In this document: piece by piece, positions 51,170 to 64,000 of the stretch
How positions within the stretch are numbered: position 1 is the first letter of the stretch
Layout of the letters: each line of letters begins with the position of its first letter
Assembly (NCBI RefSeq): GCF_963921235.1
Contig: NC_086097.1
Span: 60,948,001-61,012,000, forward strand
DNA: 64,000 nucleotides
From: Mobula hypostoma
Lineage: Eukaryota
Direction: 5' to 3'
Program-made: the position numbers and the translations under genes
The notes under the pieces: model-generated
Database searches by the model: none
Seen by the model: only the letters and a program-made list of their open reading frames with translations
Told to the model about the DNA's origin: nothing

Positions 51170-53560
51170 AAAATGGGAACCTGTCTTTATCCCTTGTCAT
51201 CACAAATAGTAGTTGCCAAGCACTATCGTCTCCTAGGAGGGCATAAGGAACTTGATGAGATAGTCGAGTCCCTCCTAAACCTAGGGATTCCTCACCTGCC
51301 TCATTCCCTTGTAATTTCCCTGTTTGGACAGCTTAGAATCCTGATAGTTTATGGCATATGACCATTGAAAATCACCAGTTAAATACCTTTGTCCCTAAGC
51401 TGGTCTCAGCTGTTCCAGATGTTGTGACCCTGACTGAGGATCTTTTTAGCAGAACTGACAGTTAATATGCTGTTATTGATTCAGATAATGATTTCTTCTC
51501 CATTCTTATTGCTGAGCAGTCCAAAACATCAGATTGCTTTTACATGGAGTGGGCTTCAGTATACCTCTACACAGCTTCCTCAAGAATGTGTTCATAGTCC
51601 TACTATTTGCCATAGTGTGGTGGCATGGGATTTGTGTGAATGTGTCCTATCTTCCCACATTAAAGTAACTCACTATTTCGATAATGTACTATTGCAGAGA
51701 TCATTTGAAGAGGTTTCTGAAGCCCTTAAGTACTTTGATTGATTACATGCAATTGAGGAGATGGAAAATTAATCCCAATAAAATACAGGGCTCAGCTACA
51801 ACTCTTCATTTTCTTCATTTTCTAGGAATATAATGTGCAAAGGGCGGTAGGATAATTCACGATAAAGTCAGGTATAAGATCCTAGATATAGCACCCTTAA
51901 GACAAAACAAGAAGCCAACAGTTTGTTGAAATTTTGGGACACTGGCAGACCACATACTCCATTTGACAATGCCCATCTGACCTTTGTAAACTGTGACCAG
52001 AATTAAATTTAGTTTTGCAATTTGGTCCCATGCAGCAATCAGCATTTGAGGCTGCAAAGGTGGTTATTGCCGTGGCCTTACCCTTGTTTCCTCATCAAAA
52101 GGGTTTCCCCTATGGACTGAAAGTTTCTGTTAAAGATGATGTGGCCGTCTGGAGCCTGTGGCAGTAGCATAGAGGGAAAATGGGCCTCTGGTCCAGAAAG
52201 CTTCCTGATGCTGCCACCAGATATGCTGCATTTGAGAAACAACTTCTTGTCTGCTGCTGGAATGAAAGCCAGGCAGGAGATTCTCTCATCTTTACCCCAT
52301 TATGGGATGAGGATTCTCTGACACAGTCATCCATAAGGCACAACAGAGTTCAGCTGTCAAGTGGAAGTGGTATATTTCTGAATGAGCAAAGGGACCGGAC
52401 AGAATTAATAAAGTGCATGAGAGGGTATCTGAGTCACATCAGCCTATTTATCCACACCTGAAGCTACTCCAGTTGAAGCCTCGCCTGTTGAGGGGGGTGC
52501 TCCCTTTGATCATCTGACTCCTGCACACGTCTGCACACTATGGAAGAATGGTCATCACTGTTGGAAGGCTGCTGCCTTTAATCCTCTTACCCAACAAATT
52601 CTGAAGGAAGGAAGGTTCTGATGGGTCAGGTCAATATACAGAGCTTGTAGCAGTGCATACTGCTACATGCATGCCAAAGAAGCTCATATTTATACCGATT
52701 CTTGGGCGGTTGCTAATGGACTTGCTGTCTGGTTGTCTCGACAGAACCAGCAGTCTTATACTATTACAGGGCATCCATTATGGGGAGTGGAGATATGGAA
52801 GGACATTTGGAACCGATGTTACCATGACAGTTTACCATTTTGCTGTCCATTTTAAAGATGTTCACCGACAAAATTTAACAATATTGCTGACAAACTCGCT
52901 TGTGTTGACAAACAGTGACATCTAACCCCCAGCCTCAATACCATTATTACCACTTGCTCAGTGGAACCATTAGTTTTCTGGTTATTTTGGTGTAAATGGT
53001 ACCGTGGAGTGGTCTAGGAAGGGGGATTATTCCTTCCCACTGATATAGTTCGTACAGTGGTAGGGAATTGTGGCCTATGTTTAGAAATTAAGAACCAACG
53101 GCTTTTAAAATGACCCTTGGCTGCCATTCGCTGTTGGTGTGTCCCTGCTCAGATTTGGCAAATAGATTATGTTAGTCCCCTTCCTTTACCCCAGTGCTCC
53201 TCACTTACTCTGGTCTTTTGATAGCAATCCCTACTGTTAAAGCTAATCAGGATGGTACCCTTCTGGGATTTGAACATCTTATTTCTGCATATAGTGATCG
53301 CCTTGAAATTCTATCCCATAAAGGTTCACACTTCACAGGTTCTAGGGTAAACGAGTGGGCTGTCTTTACTGGTGCATGGTGGGTCTTCCATGTCCCCTAA
53401 CATTCTCAGGCCTGTGGTTTGATTAGAAAAATGAATGACCTATTAAAACAGCATATTTATTTACTTATTCCTGCCCATACCTTACCTGGATGGTTACCTG
53501 TCCTTCCCGTACTTTATATAATTTGAACAACCAACCCTTGAAAGGTGGTACTCCCTTTTT
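51170..53560 (+). pseudogene. Endogenous retrovirus pol remnant (RT-RNase H-integrase), class III / ERV-L-like
   Basis: AFTWSGLQYT, LPQECVHSPTICH, HYFDNVLL, GLWSRKLP, IYTDSWAVANGLAVW, PLWGVEIWKD, WQIDY (53115-53170 region) and SHKGSHFTG, in retroviral order. Confidence 0.8.
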
Positions 53561-55495
53561 TGATAATGATGGGATAATCTATTCTTTTTGTTCCTGTTGG
53601 CTCAACTGAACATGCTAATAAGGAGCCAATCCAGTTATGCGGGTGGGAGGAGGTTTGTTTGTGACATACCCATCTTCCCCCTCCAGCGCAGGGTGAGATT
53701 TGTTGAGACCTGACAAGCCACTGATAGCCTTGTGAGTTGTGAAAATGATATTTTTATTTCAGGAGAACATGTACATTATGTGATATGTGCTAACTGGGTG
53801 AGAAGGTATGTTGTAAACCTAGAGTGACTGGCTTCATACAGCTTGTCCTGTGAAACAAGTAAAGTGCCAAACTGATTGTAATTTAATGCTTGCATCCCTG
53901 ATCATAAGGCAGTGTTTGTAAATCTTACTCATTCTGTTCAAATTGTCAACAAAATGTTGATGACATCGCACATTAGGGATGAAGACATATATTTTAATGT
54001 GAATGCTCGGATTAATCATTGGAGCTGTGTATTTTTTCATGTTTTAATAATCATGATAATATTTGTCTTAATCATCCAAGGGATAGGCGGCAGGAGATGT
54101 GGTGCATCTGAACTGGGTTTTGAGGCAAATGGTCTTGGGTTTAAATTCAGCCAGATCATTGCACACTTTCCACCTGTGGTGGGTTGAGTGTTGAGCCAGC
54201 AACTCGGTCTTGTAAGAAACACACTAATGCTAGAGAAATGGCAAGATTGCTACCCAATGACCAGACGGCATGGAAACAAAAAAACAACAACCAAAGGGAT
54301 TAATATGTATTTTTTGTTTTAAGTGGAAAGAAGAATTCTACGTGTCTTTCATCTGCCAAACATTCAAGTTCCTAAAGTTGATTGGAAGTGGAGTTTCTGG
54401 GAGGCATTTGAAGGTGAAGCATAGATATATCCCAAGAAGAAGTATTCTGAATGCAGGATGACAGAACTATAGCTAACAAAACAGAGAAACAATTAGTGGG
54501 AAGTTAGAGGTTTGGGAAGCTTTCAAAAACTAACTGAAGATAACTAAAAAAAGTCTTAAGGAGGCAAAAGATGAAATAGGAAGGTGAGATAGCCCAAATA
54601 TCAAAGAGGATACCAAAACTTTTCCAGATATATAAAGAGTAAAAGAAGAGTAAGAGTAGATATCAGACCTCTGGAAAAATGATGCTGGAGAGGTAGAAAT
54701 GGTGAAATTGGCAAAGGTGGTTGGACTAAATAAGTATTTTGCATCAGTCTTCACTGTGGAAGACAATAGCAGTATGCTGCAAGTTTGAGAGTGTGAATCT
54801 GTGTGAAATTGCCATTACTAAGGAGAAGCTTCTTGAGAAACTGAATGATCTGAAGATAGATAAATCACCTAGACAAGGTGGTCTGCATCAAAAGGTTCTG
54901 AAAGAGGTGACTGAAGAGATTGTGGAGGCATTAGTAATGATCTATCAACAATCAATAGATTCTGCATTCTTGTAGAGGACTGGAAAATTACAAATGTCAC
55001 TTGATTCTTTAGGAAGGTATGGAGGGAGAAGAAAGAAAATTATAGGTCAGTTAGCTTGACCTCAGTGGTCAGGAAGATGCTGGGGTCGATTGTTATGGTT
55101 TAGGTCTCAGGCTACTTGAAGGCAGTTGAAAAATAGGCCAAAGTTAGTGTAGTTTTCTTAAGGGAAAATCTTGTCTGACAAATGTATTGGAATTCATTGA
55201 GGAAATGACAAGCAAAATAGATAAAGGAGAATTGGTGAACGTTGTTTACTCGGATTTTCAGAAGGACTTTGGCAAGATGTCACACATGAGGCTGCTTAAC
55301 AAGATAAGAGCCCAGGGTATTACAGGAAAGATATTAGCATCGATAGAGCTTTGGCTGATTAGCAGGATGCAAAGAATAGGAATAAAGGAGCTCTCTTCTG
55401 GTTGCGGGCCATGACTGCTGGTGCTCCACAGGAGCAGGTGTTGGAACTGCTTCTTTTTACATTATATGTATGTCAATGATTTGGATGACAGAATT

Positions 55496-58309
55496 AGGAA
55501 TAATTTTGGAGTATAAGAAATAAAGTGGATGATCTTGTTGCACTATTACGGATTGTCAGGTATAATGTTGTGGCCATCACTGAATCGTGGCTGAAGGATG
55601 GTTGTAGTTGGGAGCTGAATTTCCAAGGTTACACATTGTATTGGATGGATAGGAAGGTAGGCAGAGTGCATGGCAGGGCTCTGCTGGTAAAGAATGGCAT
55701 TAAATCAGTAGAAAGATGTGATATAGAATCGGAAGAGGTTGAATTATTGTGGGTTGAGTTAAGAAACTGCAAGGATAAAAAGACCCTGATGGCAGTTATA
55801 TACACACCTTCCAGCAGTTGCTGGGATGTGGACCACAGGTTACAATGGGAAATAGAAATAATATATCATACTGGCAATGTTATGATAATCATGGAAGATT
55901 TCAACATACAGGTCAATTGGGAAACTAGCTTGGTAATGGATCTCAAGGGAGTAAGTTTGTTGAATGCCTCCAATATGGCATTTTAAAGCAGTTTGTTGTT
56001 GAGCCTATTAGGGCATTAATTATATTGGATTGGATGTTATGTAATGAACTGGGGGTGATTAGGGAGCTTAAGGTAAAAGAACATTTAGGACCAGCGATCA
56101 CAGTATGATTGAGTTCAACTTGAAATTTGATTGGGAGAAATTACAATCTGATCATTTCAGTGGAGTAAAGGAAGTTACCATGGTATGAGAGAGGAGTTGG
56201 CTGAAGTAAATTGGAAAGAACTACTGGCAGGGATGAGTTTCTGCAAAAAAATGAAGAAGGTGCAAGGTAGATGTATTCTAAACACAAACAGCAAATAAGT
56301 ACAACCATGGCTGACAAGGGAAGTCAAAGCTAATGCAAAAGCAAAAGAGAGAGCATATAACAAAGGAAAAAATATTGAGAAGTCAGAGGATTGGGAAGCT
56401 TTTAAAAACCTACAGAGAACAACTAAAAGAAACATTAGAAGGGAAAAGATGAAATATGAAAGCAAGTTAGCAAACAATATGAAAGTGGATAGTAAAAGTT
56501 TTTTCAAGTACATAAAAAATATAAGAGAGATGAGAGTGTATAAAGGACCTCTAGAAAATGAGGCCGGAGAAGTAGTAACGGGGAACAAGGACATGGCATA
56601 TGAACTAAATGTGTATTTTGCATCAGTCTTCACTGTGGAAGGCACTAAATGTGTGCCAGATGTTGGCGGGTATGAGAGAAGATAAGTGAATGCAGCTACT
56701 ATTACAAGGGAGAAGGTGTTCAGAAAACTGGAAGACCTAAGGATGCATAAGTCGCCCGGACTAGATAAACTGCACCCTAGGGTTCTGAAAGAAGTAGCAG
56801 AAGAGATTGTTGAAGGCATTAGTAATGAACTTTCAAAAATTATTGGACTCTGGCATGGTGCCAGAGAACTGGAAAATTGCAAATATCACTCAACATTTTA
56901 AGAAAGGAGAAAGGCAGCAGAAAGGAAATTATGGACTAGTTAGCCTGATCTCAGTAGTTGGAAGATGTTGGAGTCATTTGTCAAGGATGAGGTTATGGAG
57001 TACTTGGTGACACAAGATAAAATAGGACAAAGTCAGCATGGTTTCCTTAAGGGAAAATCTTGCCTGATGAACCTGTTGGAATTCTTTGATGAGATTACAA
57101 GTAGGATGGATAAAGGGAATGTAGTAGATGTTGTATATTTGGACTTTCAGAAGGCATTTGAAAAGGTGCCATATGTGAGGCTGCTTGCCAAGTTAAGAGC
57201 CTATAGAGTTACAAGAAAATTACTGGCATGGTTAGAGCATTAGCTGATTTGTAGGAGTCTGTGAGTGGGAATAAAAGATCCTTTTGGTTGGCTGCCTGTG
57301 ACCAGTGGTGTTCAACAGGGGTTGGTGTTGGGACTGCTTTTCTTTATACTGTATATTGTATCAATGATTTAGATGATGGAATAGATGGCTTTGTTGTCAA
57401 GTTTGCAGATGATATGAAGATTGGTGGAGGGGCAGGTAGTGCTTAGGAAACAGGTAGGCTGCAGAAGGACTTGGACAGATTAGAGAATGGGTAAGAAAGT
57501 GGCAAATGAAATACAATGCTGGAAAATGCATGGTCATGCACTTTGGTAGTAGAAATAAGTGTACAGACTATTTTTGAAATGGAAGAAAATCCAAAAATCT
57601 GAGATGCAAAGGGACTTGAGAGTCCTTGTACAGAACCCCTCTAAGGTCAACTTGCAAGTTGAGTCAGTGGTGAGGAAGGTAAATGCCATGTTAGCATTCA
57701 TTTCAAGAGGTCTAGAATACAAGAGCAGTGAGGTGATGCTGAGGATTTATAAGGCACTGATGAGGTCTCACCTTGAGTATTGTGAACAGTTTTGGGCTCC
57801 TCATCTAAGAAAAGATGTGCTGGCATTGGAGAGGGTTCCGAGGATTTTCATAAGGTTGATTCTGGGAACGAAAAAGTTATCATACAAGGAACGTGTGATG
57901 GTTCTGTGTCTGTATGCACTGCAACTTAGAAGGATGGGGATGAGATATCCAATTGAAACCTTTCAAATGTTGAAAGGCCTAGATATTGTAGATGTGGGAA
58001 GAATGTTTCCCATGGTGGGGGAGTCTAGCATAAGAGGGCACAGCCTCAGAATAGAGGGGTATCCATTTAAAACATAGATGCAGAGGGTAGTGAATTTGTG
58101 GTAGTTATTACCCCAGGCAGCTGTGGAGGCCAGGTCATTGATTATATTTAAGGCAGAGCTTGAGCGGTTCTTGATGGAACACAGCATCGAAGGTTATGGC
58201 CGAGGAGCCGAGCTGAGGAAGAAAAAAATGGATCTGCCAGGATTGAAAAGCAGAGCAAATTCAATGGGCCAAATGGCCTAATTCTGCCCCTATGCCTTAT
58301 GGTCTTATG
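55496..58309 (+). mobile_element. Nested CR1 LINE (APE + RT + tail)
   Basis: VAITESWL, KSPGLD, LDFQKAF and KFADD motifs; tail cctatgccttatggtcttatg. Confidence 0.85.
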
Positions 58310-58654
58310 GAATTGCTGGTTTTGTGGCCAAGTTTGAGGATGAAATGCAGGGGCACGTAGTTTTGAGGAAACAGTGAGTCTGCAGAAGAACTTGGGCAGA
58401 TTAGGAGAACAGTTAAGTAGAATCAGAAAGAGTACAGTGTCGGGAAATGTATGGTTATACACTCTGGTAGAAGGAACAAAAGTATAGACTATTTTCAAAA
58501 TGGGCAGGAATTTCAAAAATAGAAGCTGTAAAGGGACTTGTGAGTCATCATGCAGGATTCCCTCATGGTTAATTTGCAGGTTGAGTTGGTAATGGGGAAA
58601 GCAAATGCAATTTCAGCATTCATATTGGGAAGACCAAAATATAAAAGCAATGAT

Positions 58655-58804
58655 GTAATGCTGAGGCTTTATAAGGCACTGGTGAGGCTGCACCTGGAGT
58701 ATAACGTAATGCTGAGGCTTCATAAGGCACTGGTAAGGCTGCACCTGGAGTATAACATAATGCTGAGGCTTTATAAGGCACTGGTGAGGCTGCACCTGGA
58801 GTAC
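58655..58804 (+). repeat. 51-bp tandem triplication inside CR1
   Basis: gtaatgctgaggctttataaggcactggtgaggctgcacctggagtataac x~3. Confidence 0.95.
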
Positions 58805-61669
58805 TTTAGCAGTTTTGGGCCCCTAATCTAGGAAATAAAGTATCGACAATGCAGAGGGTTCAAAGGAGGTGCAGGAGAATGATTCTGTGAATTAAATGTT
58901 TATCTTGTGAAGAGTGTTTGATGGCTCTGGCCTGTACTCACTGGAATTTAGAAGAATGAGGGAGATCTCATTGAAATCTATCAAATGTTGGAAGGCCTCA
59001 GCAGAGTGGTTGTGGAGAGGATCTTTCCTCTATTGGGGGAGTAAAGGACCAGCGGGCACAGCTTCAGGACAGAGGGTGGTCGATTTAGAATGGAGATGAT
59101 GAGGAACTTCTTTAGTCAGAGGAATTCATTGCCACATGTGGCTGTAGAGGCTAGGTCATTGTGTATATTTAAGGTGGAGTTTAATTAATTCTTGATTAGT
59201 CAGGGTGTGAAAGGGTACAGGAAGAAGGCAGGTGAATTAGGTTGAGAGGGAAAATAGAACAGCTATGATGAAATGGCAGAGCAGACTTAATGGGCTGATT
59301 GGGTTAATTTTTCTCCTTTCTCTAATAGTCTTATTGAAGGATTGTGTTATATAAAATTTTGTAAAACATTGGATGAATGTCCGAAAGTTCAAAAGTCATT
59401 TTAACTCTTTCTAAGCTCACAGCATGCAGAGTGTCTGCACAAGGTGAAAAACGTAGGTCTGTTAATGTTTGCTGGTAGCAGCTGGATTCTTTCTTATCTC
59501 AGCCACCACTAAAATGTAAATGCTTGACAAGATGGCTTGATGAATTCTTTTTTTTATTCAGATTTATCACGTATCTGAAATATTCATGTTATTTAGTAGG
59601 TCCAAAGGAATGTTGTTGTGCGCTATGAGATAATGGGGTGTGACATTGGCTTATGAGGACTGTGTGTATGGAAAAAGACAGGACATATTGAAACAAAAGA
59701 ACAAAGAGTTTGTCTTTTTCTGGGTCTCCCTGGCTTATGAAATTCATTTACTGGACTTCCTTTCCCCGGTTTGTTGGACTTCAACTGAGGGCCAGAAATT
59801 GCAATTAGTGCCTAGGACCCAGGGGTGGTTTCATGAGTGAATCAGAATTCGGAGATCCCACAACATCAGCAACAAACAAGTGATGATTATGAATTGTGAG
59901 CCCTGAAATCTTTGTGACTTGCTACATAGTATTCTGTGTGGTTTATTTGTGCTTTCTATTTTCATGATAATAAATTAGGCTTAAATTACTGTGTTGTGCT
60001 TGTATGCTTACTACCACATCTCCTGGACTCCCGAATAGTTTGCATCTGATCAACCCACCTCATTATACTGGTGGATAGTTTCTTTTTCATTGTCTATGCT
60101 TTGATATAATGTGATTTTGCAGTCACCAAACAGAAACAGCATTTTGCCTACCTGAAGCACAAGTTCTATTGGTGTGGCCTACTATGTTTGATCTGTTTTC
60201 ACAACATTTGTATTTTTTTGCTACCTTTCTAGTCCCTTCATAACTTGACTCTTTAGACCCTATGAAGCTAATCCTGACTTTCAATAGACCAGCTTTTCAT
60301 ATGCTCTGATGTGAATGTCTAAATTGTACTTTGCTTTGCAAGTGCAGCTCGCTTTGAAGATATCATACAACTTCAGCAAAGCAGCAAGATGCAACTTTGA
60401 AGCATCAAAGCTAAAAGCACTTTTCAGACCTTGCCTCAGATGCTCAGCCACTGTATATTTCATTTTCTATAAAGTCTATAAAGCCTCATTAGAACATGTT
60501 ATCAGTTCATTAATGTTGCTAGCCGGCTTACTGGACTAAGAGTGTTGACTCTTTACTGAACACAAACAATATCAGTTCGTATGTCAATGCATTTATTGTA
60601 AATCTGTAAGTTTTCTCAAAGATGTCTGTTTTCTGCCCTTATATCTTACAACATTGATACTGCACAATCCTATTTCCTTGATCTTTAATTGATTTTCCAA
60701 ATATGAGGTCTTTCTTTTTGTTGCTATCTTGAATTAGCACTGAAATTACTCACGTTTCTTATCATTGCAATGGATCTGTAGACTGTCAAGCTATGAACTA
60801 TCAATAAACTACCGACTCCATTTCATGTCCTTGAACTGTTAACTATAGCTATGCTATTGGTGGGAAAAATCCTCAAGCTTTCACCAAGATGTTTTCATGC
60901 TAGTTCTGTATGTTCAATTTCTTTCACCACAGAACACATGTCAACACAGAATTCAGAGAAAAAATATACTTCCAAATCACCTTTCTCTTCTTTTATTTCT
61001 TTACCACCAAGTAAATAGGTTTTAAATCTATTCTAATAGTTTGGGATCAATCATACACTTTCTATATATCTTTAACTGAGATATTTTACATCTTATGTGG
61101 AGCATGAATATTTATCACATGTTTCTGGCCCAATCTCTATTATCATTATGTTTTGTTTTGGGCTGTAAACTTTGTCTTTGATACTCAAGATATATTTTTG
61201 TATTTTAAACAGACTCGATTACATTATAGCAAACAAATGTTTCTCAAGCTTGGTCATGCATATATAGGTTTTCAATCAAGGTGGTCATGTTTTCTAACCC
61301 TAAATCAGTATCATTGTTAACTTGCACACAACAGTTCAGTGACTAGTCAACATCACTGCCCCTTGTCACTGTGGCTTGCTGTGCAGTGCATTCTCATTAG
61401 TATAGACAGAGTCCTTCAACAAATGAGATTCCATCTGAATAGTTTTAGAAAAAAAGTACCACTAAATATATCCAAAAAGATAAAGGTTTATATACAAGAC
61501 AGAACCCTGAAAACTTTCTAAATAATTGTTCTTTAATATACACTATATAATGAGCATTCACCTTTCTTCCCATGTTCAAGTTTTCCTGTTATATGCTCCT
61601 ACTAATCAAATTCACTATTAATGTTCTGTAACATCCCTCATTAACTTTCATTGTTAATAACGTCTCCAC

Positions 61670-64000
61670 TTCACTGATGATCAACACCTCAGGAATGTGA
61701 GCTTAGCCCACTGCTTTACTCTCTCTATATCCGTGACTGTGTGGCTAGGCATAGTTCAAGTGCCATCTATGAATTTGTTAATAATACAATCATTGGTAGA
61801 ATCTCAGACAGCGACAAGAGAATGTACAGGAGCAGGAAATACCAACTAGTTGAGTGGTGTTGTAATAACTACCTTGGAGTCAATGTCAGTAAGATCAAAG
61901 ACCTGATTGTGGACATCAAAAAGGGTAGGACAAGCAAAAATTACCCAATCTTCTGAGTGATCAGAAGTGGAGAACTTCAAGTTCCAGGGTGTCAATATCT
62001 CTGAGGATCTAACTGCATTTCATTGGCTTTGTATCTGTACTCGGCACAATGATAATAAAGTTGAATCTAATCTAATCCTGCCTGTTCCCAACATATTGAT
62101 GCAGCTATAAAGAAGACAAGACAGTGGCTATATTTCATCAGAGTTTGAGAAGATTTGGTTTGTCACCTAAAACACTCAAAAACTTCTGTAGATGTACCGC
62201 GGAGAGCATTCTGACTGGTTGCATCACTGTCTGGTATGCTGGGGGCAGCGGGGTGCTACTGCACAGGATCGTAATAAACTGCAGAGAGTTGTAATGTTAG
62301 TCAGCTCCATTTTGGGTACTAGCCTCTGTAGTATCCAAGACATCTTCAGGGAGTAGTGCCTCAGAAAAGCAGCTTTCATTATCAAGGGCCGCCGCCACCC
62401 AGGACATGCCCTTCTCATTGTTACCATCAGGAAGGAGGAACACACTGAGTGTGTCCGAAGGTACACACTCAGTGATTCAGAAACAGCTTCTTCCCCTCTG
62501 TTAAACGATTCATAAATGAACATTTGGCCCATAAACACTACCTCACCACTTTCTTCTAATTTCTGTTTTTTGCACTACTTATCTGAATTGAAATATTTAA
62601 TATACATATATACATACTGTAATTCAGGTTTTTTTTTTAAATTTATCATGTATTGCATTGTACAGCTGCCACTAAGTTACCAAATTTCACGACATAGGCC
62701 AGTGATATTAAACCTGACTCTGATCATGGTCGTGCAATCCATGTTATATAGTCCCTTCATAATTCTGTTATGTAGCATTGTAAGGGTTAGCATAATGTGT
62801 AGCTGCACAAAACAAGGTGTAATTGCATGTTTTTGATCAGATTAAATGTGAACCAGCACAAGCCTACCTGTCATCAAGGACATATATATGAAAAGGTGTC
62901 GGCAAAGGGCCAGTAACATCATGAAGGATCGCACCCACCCTGCTCATGAACTGCTTGTTCTACTCCCATCAGAGAGGAAACTAGCTAGCCATCCATGCCA
63001 GAACCATCAGACTCAAAAAGAGTTACTTTCCCCAAGCAATAAGGCTGATGATCAACACCTCCACACACTAACCCACCACTCCACACCCCCAATGACACTA
63101 AGTTTATGATTTCCTGTCACTCACCTTATGTACAGATAGCATTGTGCCTAACGTCACTTCATGGACATAAAATCAATCAATGTATGTAAGCTACTTGTGT
63201 GATTATGTTAATAGTGTTTTCTTATTATTATTGTATTCTTTATGTTATTGTGATTTTTTTATGCTGCATCAGAACCAGAGTAACAATTGGGGATGTTAGG
63301 ACCGCATACGTCCTTAGTTTCACGGAATCCTGGTTAACCCCTTCTGTACCGGATGCAGCAATTCGGTTCCACAGGTTTACCAAAGATCATCAGGATAGAT
63401 CTATGGTGTCTCTCAAAAGCAGAGGTGGAGGAGTATGCCTCATGATCAACTCCTCTTGGTGCAGAAATATATCAGAGCTGTCCCAATTCTGCTTACCAGT
63501 CCTGGAACATCTTGCACTTAAATGCTGACCATTTTACCTACCACGAGAGATTTCCGTGGTTATTTTGGTAATGGTATAAATTCCAGCTGAGGCCAACGTT
63601 AATCAGGTTTTTGATGATCTGAACAATGGGATCAACATGCACGAAACAACACACCCTAATGCCTTCACCATAATTTTGGGGGATTTTAACCAGGCCAGTC
63701 TGAAAAAAATCACTAAACACTTACCATCAACAGATCACTTGCAATACCAGAGGAAACAACACACCGGACCTTTGTTACACCGCCATCAAGAATGGCTACC
63801 GTGCTATTCCACGCCCTCACTTCAGGAAGTCTCATCACCTGACTGTACTTCTACTCCCTGAGTATAGGCAGAGACTGAAGACTACAGCAACAGTAGTGAG
63901 GACCAAGAAGCTATGGACAAGGGAAGCACAGAAGTGCTTACAGGACTGCTTTGAATCGGTGGACTGGACTGTATTCAGGAATTCATCTTCAAACCTGGAT
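61670..64000 (+). mobile_element. Cluster of Rex1/Babar-like LINE fragments
   Basis: RT end (LSPLL, LVEWCCNNYLGVNVSKIKDLIVD) at 61670-62720, a 3' end at 62850-63280 and an APE domain from 63290 (FTESWL, RGGGVC, ILGDFNQA). Confidence 0.8.

Larger units (their letters stand above)
54470..59335 (+). mobile_element. Degraded CR1 LINE split by a second CR1
   Basis: RT breaks after NDLDDRI at ~55495 and resumes at ~58310 (gaattgctggttttgtggccaagttt); gaatt occurs at both junctions. Confidence 0.8.

Noticed and set aside
58655..58804. CRISPR-like periodicity
   Set aside because: Plain tandem units without spacers, in eukaryotic LINE sequence.

Overview
Eukaryotic, repeat-dominated genomic DNA. The repeat mix (esterase-type CR1 LINEs, Rex1/Babar LINEs, Neptune-like Penelope elements, tRNA SINEs) suggests a cartilaginous fish such as a ray or shark; this is an inference. 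I found no host protein-coding gene that I can support. The window holds nested fossils of CR1 and RTE-X-like LINEs, two Tc1 elements, a pogo derivative, piggyBac, Harbinger and hAT MITEs, five solo LTRs and a class III (ERV-L-like) pol remnant. The most striking signal is a Penelope-like (RT + GIY-YIG) system carrying a minimal hammerhead ribozyme. It has inserted three times as a tails-out inverted dimer: 16578-19642 (1.35-kb arms, about 98% identical), 21643-21802 and 26190-26843. Each dimer has a 13-17 bp target-site duplication, and in each one arm lacks the last ~40 nt. In the smallest dimer one arm starts at the predicted ribozyme cleavage site. All coordinates and identities were read by eye.
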